From an uncultured Gammaproteobacteria bacterium (lineage in GTDB: Bacteria > Patescibacteriota > Patescibacteriia > Patescibacteriales > GWC2-42-12), in assembly GCA_964431805.1 (NCBI GenBank), contig CAYSKV010000001.1, positions 61,698 to 125,697 on the forward strand: DNA of 64,000 nt, given 5' to 3'. Shown piece after piece: positions 1-5,759 of this stretch. A program made the translations under genes and the position numbers. The notes beneath the pieces are model-generated. The model had not been told where the DNA came from. It was given only the letters and a program-made list of their open reading frames with translations, and did no database searches. Position 1 is the first letter of the stretch; the number at the start of each line of letters is the position of its first letter.

Positions 1-1
1 G

Positions 2-487
2 AATCGAAGCATAAATTATCAAACTATAGAAGGCTCTAACGGGTTATTTTCTAAATTAACTATTAATTACGCTCATAATGGTAAAGTTGATTGGAAAACC
101 AGCGCTTATAAAAGTTATACTAGAGTTTATGTTCCTTTAGGCAGCCAATTAATAAAAATTAGCGGTTATGAAAATAAAAATATAGATGTCGGAGATGAGC
201 TAGGTAAAACTTGGTTTGGCTTTTATTTAGTCGTAGAACCAGGAAAAATCAGTAATATTACGCTTGAATATAAGCTGCCGTCATCAGTTATGTCAAATAA
301 TAATTATAGCCTTTATATCCAGAAGCAGCCGGGCAAAGAATTAGATAATCTTTCGGTTGACTTAAGCTTTAAAAATGGTATAAAATCATATAGTCCAGCG
401 AGCTTGTCTATGAAAAAAATAAACCCAACCAGAATGAAATGGTCAGGGGATTTAGGCATAGATCGGGATTTTGAAATCAAGTTTTGA
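2..487 (+). CDS. DUF4012 domain-containing protein, C-terminal part (5' end outside window)
   Basis: Frame 2 is open from the window edge to TGA 485-487. The tail (..GFYLVVEPGKISNITLEYKLP..YSLYIQKQPG..) parallels the C-terminal region of the 912-aa paralogue at 19318-22056 (..IEIKIKYKLPF..YSLLVQKQPG..). The ATG at 290 in the ORF track is internal. Confidence 0.7.
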   Translation, partial: NRSINYQTIEGSNGLFSKLTINYAHNGKVDWKTSAYKSYTRVYVPLGSQLIKISGYENKNIDVGDELGKTWFGFYLVVEPGKISNITLEYKLPSSVMSNNNYSLYIQKQPGKELDNLSVDLSFKNGIKSYSPASLSMKKINPTRMKWSGDLGIDRDFEIKF

Positions 488-625
488 TTAATTATCAATT
501 TTCAATAACCAATTATCAATAAATGATCAATTATTAAATTTTCAATTGCTTGTCCTGCTTAGGCAGGGAAAATTAATGCATTGAAAATTGTTTGAAAATT
601 GAGAATTGATAATTGAAAATTTCAT
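488..625. repeat. Dyad-symmetric array of about ten WTCAAT / ATTGAW boxes around a short GC hairpin (CCTGC-TTAG-GCAGG, 554-567)
   Basis: Left arm: ATTATCAAT, TTTTCAAT, ATTATCAAT, ATGATCAAT, TTTTCAAT. Right arm carries the reverse complements: ATTGAAAA, TTTGAAAA, ATTGATAA, ATTGAAAA. AATTTTCAATTGC (538-550) pairs with GCATTGAAAATT (577-588). Confidence 0.6.
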
Positions 626-633
626 TATATATT

Positions 634-1641
634 ATGTTTATAAAACGGATCGGTATAGATCTTGGTACAGCTTACACTTTAGTGCATTTGCCAAAAAGGG
701 GCATTATTATTAATGAGCCAAGCGTAGTGGCGATTTCTTTAATTGATAAAAAGATTTTAGCCGTGGGCAATGAAGCTAAAGACATGTTAGGCAGAACGCC
801 TGACACTATTGTCGCGATTAAACCTTTAAAAGACGGCGTCATCGCTGATTATCATACAACTGAAGCTATGCTTAGATATTTCATTAATAAAGCTTTAGGC
901 GGTATTAGATTATTTAGGCCGGAAGTTATGGTGGCCGTTCCGGCGGGAATTACCTCGACCGAACGCAGAGCGGTAATTGACGCGACTATAGCGGCCGGAG
1001 CCAGAGCCGCTTATATTATTAAAGAACCGATTGCCGCGGCGATTGGCGCCGATATTCCGATCGGTTCGGCTTCCGGACATATGATTATTGATATTGGCGG
1101 CGGTACGGCGGAAATGGCGGTAATTTCTTTGGGCGGAGTCGTTACTTCGACCTCGGTTAGAATCGGCGGTAATAAATTCGACGCGGCGATTCAGGAATTT
1201 ATTAGGCGAAAATATAATTTAGCTATCGGCGAAAGAACGGCCGAAGAAATTAAAATTAAAATAGGCAGCGCTCTGTATTTAGAAGATAAATTAACTATGG
1301 AGATAAGGGGCCGCGATATGATTACCGGTTTACCGAGAAATATTACGGTTAATTCGGATGACGTTACCGAAGCGGTGCAAAATGAATTAGAAGCTATTAT
1401 TAATGCGGCGAAAAGAGTGCTCCAGGATACTCCGCCGGAATTAGCCGCGGATATTATGGATAAAGGCATGGTTTTATCCGGCGGAAGTTCGCTACTTAGA
1501 AATATTGATCAATTACTTTCCCGCACAACAGATGTGCCGGCCTACGTTGCCGATGATGCTTTGCTTTGCGTTGCTAAAGGAACCGGCATTGCTTTAGAAA
1601 ATTTGGACTCATATAAGAGAAGTATTTTTGCGACGAAATAA
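634..1641 (+). CDS. mreB: Rod shape-determining protein MreB
   Basis: Actin-fold motifs IGIDLGTAYTLV, DIGGGTAEMAV, VLSGGSSLLRNID over the full length. ATG 634 is preferred over the upstream TTG 613 of the ORF track. Confidence 0.95.
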   Translation: MFIKRIGIDLGTAYTLVHLPKRGIIINEPSVVAISLIDKKILAVGNEAKDMLGRTPDTIVAIKPLKDGVIADYHTTEAMLRYFINKALGGIRLFRPEVMVAVPAGITSTERRAVIDATIAAGARAAYIIKEPIAAAIGADIPIGSASGHMIIDIGGGTAEMAVISLGGVVTSTSVRIGGNKFDAAIQEFIRRKYNLAIGERTAEEIKIKIGSALYLEDKLTMEIRGRDMITGLPRNITVNSDDVTEAVQNELEAIINAAKRVLQDTPPELAADIMDKGMVLSGGSSLLRNIDQLLSRTTDVPAYVADDALLCVAKGTGIALENLDSYKRSIFATK

Positions 1642-1660
1642 AAAATAAAAGCCAATAAAT
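1632..1660. repeat. Left copy of a 29-bp perfect inverted repeat (GACGAAATAAAAAATAAAAGCCAATAAAT)
   Basis: Exact reverse complement of 2109-2137. Overlaps the last codons and stop of mreB. Confidence 0.9.
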
Positions 1661-1662
1661 AT

Positions 1663-2109
1663 ATGGAATTTAAAACTGTTTTTTTTACAGTTCTTTCAGG
1701 TGTATTGGTATATATTATCGGTCAAATCATTAATAAATTTTATATTGAACCTATACAAAGGCAAAAAGAAACTATAGGTAAAATATCAGATGCTTTAATT
1801 TATTATTCTAATTTATATACCTCACCAAAAATCTCAGCAACCCAAGAGTTTGATAGGCCTGAAAAACGAGAAAAAGCACATGAAGATTTCAGAAATTTAG
1901 CTTGCGAGCTAGTGTCCAGAACGCATCAAATACCGCATTATATATATTTATCATATTTAAAAATCGTACCAAAAGAAAAAATTATAATCATATCCAGAGG
2001 AAACTTGATTGGTCTGTCAAATGGTATGTGGCCAAGTTATGAAAGCATGCAACATAATATAAAATTTCAAAAAGAGCTTGAAACAAATTTAGATTTGCTT
2101 ACTGAATAA
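1663..2109 (+). CDS. Hypothetical membrane-anchored protein (148 aa)
   Basis: Intact ORF with one N-terminal hydrophobic helix (VFFTVLSGVLVYIIGQII). No family recognised. Bracketed by the 29-bp inverted repeat. Confidence 0.6.
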   Translation: MEFKTVFFTVLSGVLVYIIGQIINKFYIEPIQRQKETIGKISDALIYYSNLYTSPKISATQEFDRPEKREKAHEDFRNLACELVSRTHQIPHYIYLSYLKIVPKEKIIIISRGNLIGLSNGMWPSYESMQHNIKFQKELETNLDLLTE

Positions 2110-2137
2110 TTTATTGGCTTTTATTTTTTATTTCGTC
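2109..2137. repeat. Right copy of the 29-bp perfect inverted repeat (ATTTATTGGCTTTTATTTTTTATTTCGTC)
   Basis: Exact reverse complement of 1632-1660. Starts at the last base of the ORF's stop codon and abuts the GC hairpin repeat. Confidence 0.9.
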
Positions 2138-2167
2138 ATTCCGGCCTCCGAGCCGGAATCTAGGGGT
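2135..2167. repeat. GC-rich hairpin repeat GTCATTCCGGCCTCCGAGCCGGAATCTAGGGGT (left bracket of the R-M cassette)
   Basis: 8-bp stem ATTCCGGC/GCCGGAAT. Near-identical copy in inverted orientation at 4300-4331. Confidence 0.85.
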
Positions 2168-2254
2168 AAATAGAAAAATAGGTGTTTTTTCGCGGAGTTT
2201 ACCCCACTGAATAGCAGGGGTACAAAAATGATTTAATTAATTTTTAAAATACTT

Positions 2255-2962
2255 ATGCCGTATCTAAAATTTATATCCGACAAAAATTTAATTTCTGCCG
2301 TTGGAAAAGTAGTCAAAATAATAGAAATGACGGAACGTGAGGCGAGTAGTAATCTTCATAAAAATGTTATTGATCCTTTTTCAGCCTTGTTCCATGGCGT
2401 CACTCATTCAATAGCATACAAAGAATGGATAAAACAAGAAAAGGCCAGACAATCACAAAAAACAATGCAAAATGCCATAGGTGATTTTCATCAAGAAATA
2501 TTAGGTGCAATCCCTGGTTGGAAAAATCTCGGAGTTGGTGGAGGGTTGGATGTTGCAAACGATAAAATGAAAATTATTGCAGAAATAAAAAATAAATTTA
2601 ATACAACAAAAGGAAATCATAAGGTTGAAATATATAATGCCATAGAGTCAAAACTTAAATCAGAAAAATTTAATGGTTTTATTGGATATTATGTAGAAAT
2701 AATACCTCAGGCAAAAAGCATATACAACAAACCCTTTACCCCATCGGACAATAAGACCCACAAGAGAAAACCGAGCAAAAAAAATATCAGAGTAATTGAT
2801 GGTATAAGTTTTTATACTCTTGCAACCGGACGAAAATATGCCCTACAGGAACTATTTGAAGCGTTATCTCATATTTTAGTAGATGAATACAAATTTAAAT
2901 TAAGCAAAGAAGAAGCTAAAAAATATTTTGAATTATTTAAATTAGCCTTTTTAACTAAATAA
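2255..2962 (+). CDS. Putative type II restriction endonuclease (PD-(D/E)XK-like)
   Basis: 235-aa ORF directly upstream of a C5-methyltransferase. Candidate catalytic motif GLDV..(10 aa)..AEIKNK. Size and the NVIDPFSA region recall Eco47II-type enzymes from memory only (unverified). Confidence 0.55.
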   Translation: MPYLKFISDKNLISAVGKVVKIIEMTEREASSNLHKNVIDPFSALFHGVTHSIAYKEWIKQEKARQSQKTMQNAIGDFHQEILGAIPGWKNLGVGGGLDVANDKMKIIAEIKNKFNTTKGNHKVEIYNAIESKLKSEKFNGFIGYYVEIIPQAKSIYNKPFTPSDNKTHKRKPSKKNIRVIDGISFYTLATGRKYALQELFEALSHILVDEYKFKLSKEEAKKYFELFKLAFLTK

Positions 2963-2980
2963 CCATTGCCTAGGCAATGG
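2963..2980 (+). terminator. Perfect palindrome CCATTGCC-TA-GGCAATGG followed by TTATTT, between the R and M genes
   Basis: 8-bp GC-containing stem immediately after the stop codon, with a U-rich tail. Confidence 0.5.
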
Positions 2981-2985
2981 TTATT

Positions 2986-2994
2986 TGATATAAT
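2986..2994 (+). promoter_or_regulatory. Extended -10 promoter TGATATAAT for the methyltransferase gene
   Basis: TGnTATAAT match 29 nt upstream of ATG 3023. The same TGnTATAAT form recurs at other gene starts in this window. Confidence 0.5.
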
Positions 2995-2997
2995 TAT

Positions 2998-3016
2998 GAT
3001 AGATTATTAATCTATC
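2998..3016. promoter_or_regulatory. 19-bp perfect palindrome GATAGATTA-T-TAATCTATC (candidate operator)
   Basis: 9+1+9 perfect dyad lying between the -10 box and the start codon of the HTH-methyltransferase. Confidence 0.5.
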
Positions 3017-3022
3017 TTTTTT

Positions 3023-4276
3023 ATGAAAAAAAATCAATTTATAACCGCTGGAGAAGCCGCCCGTCGATTAGGTATTTCAATTGATACTATTAGAAGGTGG
3101 GACAAAAAAGGACTAATTAAATCTTTTAGAGATGAAAAAAACGATCGCATATTTAGTTTAGAAGAAATAAAAAGAATACAAAACAAAACTTACGGAGACA
3201 AAAAAAGTAAGTTTAAAATTTTAAAGAATAATAGAATGTCAAACTACACAGCGATCGAATTATTCGCTGGTGCGGGGGGCACTGCTTTAGGGATGGAAAA
3301 TGCAGGTATTGAGCATGTACTATTGAATGAGTATGACAAATATGCCTGCGAAACACTTCGGATTAATAAACCAAATTGGAATGTTGTCGAAAAAGATATA
3401 AGAGAACTAAAATTTTTTAATGGGCAAGCCGACATTGTTCAAGGAGGTTTTCCCTGCCAAACTTTTTCGCAAGCTGGTCGAAAAATGGGTTTTGAGGATA
3501 TACGAGGTACATTGTTTTTTGAGTTTGCGAGATGTGTTAAAGAAGTTAAGCCTAAAATTGCAATTGGAGAAAATGTCAAAGGATTGCTCAACCATGACAA
3601 TGGTAGAACAATTAAGACGATGGTGTCTGTTTTAGAAGAAATTGGATATCGAGTTAAATATAAAATTTTACGATCACAATATTTGGATGTTCCGCAAAAA
3701 AGAGAACGTCTTATAATTATTGGGGTTAGAAAAGATTTAAATATTCCTATTTCATTTCCAAAAGAAAAAGATTATATTATTCCTCTGCGCGAAGCATTCA
3801 GCAAATGTCCAAAATCTGAAGGCCAAAAATATCCAGAAAAAAAGAAAAAAATATTAGAATTAATTCCTCCTGGCGGATATTGGAGAGATCTTCCGGAAAA
3901 TCTTCAAAAAGAATACATGGGGGCAAGTTATTTCATGGGTGGCGGCAAAACTGGTATGGCAAGAAGATTGTCGTGGGACGAACCGTCTTTAACCTTGACT
4001 TGTAGCCCGGCTCAAAAACAAACTGAACGTTGTCATCCAAATGAAACACGTCCTTTGTCAGTGCGCGAATATGCACGAATTCAAACATTTCCAGATAGTT
4101 GGAAATTTTCAGGATCCGTTTCGCAGCAGTATAAACAAATAGGTAATGCTGTACCGGTAAACCTTGGATATCACATTGGCGACATGATAATTAAAATGCT
4201 TAACGGTGAAATTGAAGAAGAAAAAGATGAGGCGCTTATGTTTATTCAGCAAAAATTATTTGCTTTTGCTACGTAA
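3023..4276 (+). CDS. dcm: DNA (cytosine-5)-methyltransferase with N-terminal MerR/excisionase-type HTH domain
   Basis: C5-MTase motifs: I ELFAGAGG, IV GGFPCQTFS, VI GENVKGL, VIII QKRERLIIIG, X GNAVPV. The first ~70 aa carry ITAGEAARRLGISIDTIRRWDKKGLI, in the same frame with no intervening stop. Confidence 0.9.
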   Translation: MKKNQFITAGEAARRLGISIDTIRRWDKKGLIKSFRDEKNDRIFSLEEIKRIQNKTYGDKKSKFKILKNNRMSNYTAIELFAGAGGTALGMENAGIEHVLLNEYDKYACETLRINKPNWNVVEKDIRELKFFNGQADIVQGGFPCQTFSQAGRKMGFEDIRGTLFFEFARCVKEVKPKIAIGENVKGLLNHDNGRTIKTMVSVLEEIGYRVKYKILRSQYLDVPQKRERLIIIGVRKDLNIPISFPKEKDYIIPLREAFSKCPKSEGQKYPEKKKKILELIPPGGYWRDLPENLQKEYMGASYFMGGGKTGMARRLSWDEPSLTLTCSPAQKQTERCHPNETRPLSVREYARIQTFPDSWKFSGSVSQQYKQIGNAVPVNLGYHIGDMIIKMLNGEIEEEKDEALMFIQQKLFAFAT

Positions 4277-4299
4277 TAAAATTTTGACTTTAAGTATTC

Positions 4300-4331
4300 A
4301 CCCCTAGATTCCGGGTCAAGCCCGGAATGAC
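4300..4331. repeat. GC-rich hairpin repeat ACCCCTAGATTCCGGGTCAAGCCCGGAATGAC (right bracket, inverted)
   Basis: Its reverse complement GTCATTCCGGGCTTGACCCGGAATCTAGGGGT matches 2135-2167 except in the loop. Confidence 0.85.
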
Positions 4332-4356
4332 AAAAAAGATAATAATAATTTAATTT

Positions 4357-5613
4357 ATGCTCATCGGTATTGACGCCTCGCGCGCCAACAGACAATTTAA
4401 AGGCGGAACAGAATGGTATTCTTATTATTTAATAAGAGAACTGGCTAAAATTGATTCTAAAAATCAGTATATTTTATATACGGATAAGCCTTTAACCGGC
4501 GGTTTAGCCGATTTAACCGATGAAAATCATTCGGCTACGCCCGGTAAAATAGATAAACATGGCGAGCAGGAAGTTAAAAGTCCGTTCGGAAATTTTCGCG
4601 TTAAAATTTTAAGATGGCCGTTTATTTATTTTTGGACACAAATTAGATTATCTTATGAAATGTTCGTTCGTCCGGCGGACATTCTTTTTGTTCCGGCTCA
4701 TACTCTACCGGTTATTCATCCAAAAAAATCAATCGTTACGATTCATGATATAGGCTTTGAGCGTTTCGCTAAACTTTATAGCTCGGATAAAATCGGTCCG
4801 GCTTCTAGATCTATTAATTTTTTAATTAAATTATTTACTTTAGGCAAATTGCATCCTGACGTTATTAGCCATCATAGCTGGTCAACGAGATTCGCGCTTA
4901 AGCACGCTAAAATAATTATTTCGGTTTCAGAATTTACTAAAAAAGAAATGGTGGATTTTTATAAAGCTGATGCGGAAAAAATTAAAGTGGTTCATAATGG
5001 TTTTAATAACGAACTTTATCGCCCGATAAATGACAAGGAAAAGATAAAACAAGTTTTAGATAAGTATGATATTAAAACTCCTTATATTTTTTATGTCGGC
5101 CGTTTAGAAAAAAAGAAAAATACCGCTACCTTAGTTAACGCTTACGCGATTATGAGGCAAAAACATAAGGACATAAAACATAAATTAGTTTTAGTCGGTA
5201 AGTCCGGGCTTGGCTTTGATGAAGTTAAATATGTTATTAATGAATTTAATCTTGACGAAGAGGTGATTATAACCGGTTGGGCGCCGGAAGAAGATATGCC
5301 CTATATTCATAACGGCGCTGCTTTATTTGTTTTTCCTTCGCTTTACGAAGGCTTTGGCATACCGTTAGTTGAGGCTATGGCTTCGGGCGTACCAATCGCG
5401 GCTTCAAATATTGCATCCATCCCGGAAGTTGTTAAAGATTCGGCTTTGCTTTTTGACCCAAACGATAAAGAAGATATGGCGGAAAAAATGGCAAAGATAT
5501 TATTAGATAAGCGGCTAGCCGATGAATTAATTAATAAGGGATTTGAGCGGGCAAAAGATTTTAGCTTAACTAAATGCGCTCAGGAAATATTAGCGTTAAT
5601 GGAAAAGATGTGA
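4357..5613 (+). CDS. Glycosyltransferase family 1 (GT4-type)
   Basis: C-terminal E-x7-E region EGFGIPLVEAMASGVPIAASN; typical GT-B length. Confidence 0.85.
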   Translation: MLIGIDASRANRQFKGGTEWYSYYLIRELAKIDSKNQYILYTDKPLTGGLADLTDENHSATPGKIDKHGEQEVKSPFGNFRVKILRWPFIYFWTQIRLSYEMFVRPADILFVPAHTLPVIHPKKSIVTIHDIGFERFAKLYSSDKIGPASRSINFLIKLFTLGKLHPDVISHHSWSTRFALKHAKIIISVSEFTKKEMVDFYKADAEKIKVVHNGFNNELYRPINDKEKIKQVLDKYDIKTPYIFYVGRLEKKKNTATLVNAYAIMRQKHKDIKHKLVLVGKSGLGFDEVKYVINEFNLDEEVIITGWAPEEDMPYIHNGAALFVFPSLYEGFGIPLVEAMASGVPIAASNIASIPEVVKDSALLFDPNDKEDMAEKMAKILLDKRLADELINKGFERAKDFSLTKCAQEILALMEKM

Positions 5614-5615
5614 AT

Positions 5616-5645
5616 TTGAAAAAAACTCATAAGTTGTGTTATAAT
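5616..5645 (+). promoter_or_regulatory. Promoter TTGAAA-18 nt-TATAAT with TG extension
   Basis: TTGAAA 5616-5621, TGTTATAAT 5637-5645, upstream of the S8 protease gene. Confidence 0.55.
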
Positions 5646-5658
5646 AAAGATGTTATTT

Positions 5659-5759
5659 ACCCCGTTAAATAGCATCTTTATTCATAAATGGGGTAAGTTT
5701 TGCATTTGTATTTTTTTGTAAATTATTTATGATAAATTTTTTGTTTAGATTTAACGGGG
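5659..5759 (+). promoter_or_regulatory. Leader hairpin: ACCCCGTTAAAT (5659-5670) pairs with ATTTAACGGGG (5749-5759), enclosing the start codon at 5729
   Basis: 11-bp perfect complementarity. The 5' arm sits 13 nt after the -10 box. The same motif pair occurs at 55245-55345 and 59572-59629. Confidence 0.55.

Noticed and set aside
488-625. Possible oriC or DnaA-box cluster upstream of mreB.
   Set aside because: The boxes are TT(A/T)TCAAT, not TTATCCACA-like. There is no dnaA or dnaN nearby and no strand switch here.
613-633. Upstream alternative (TTG/GTG) starts offered by the ORF track for mreB (613), GT1 (10486), infA (31526), flippase (35840) and murF-like (45899).
   Set aside because: In each case a nearby in-frame ATG gives an N-terminus that matches the family better. 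The extensions add non-conserved residues.
2193-2221. TTTACCCCACTGAATAGCAGGGGTAC upstream of the endonuclease gene as a fourth copy of the CCCCGTTAAAT leader.
   Set aside because: It shares only the TTTACCCC..AATAGCA..GGGGTA outline and forms a short local hairpin. It is too divergent to merge with the three clear copies.
3023-3235. The HTH region as a separate small controller (C-protein) gene upstream of the methyltransferase.
   Set aside because: It is in the same frame as the MTase, with no stop codon before MSNYTAIELFAGAGG. I treat it as a fusion, although an internal start at 3236 could also produce an HTH-less isoform.
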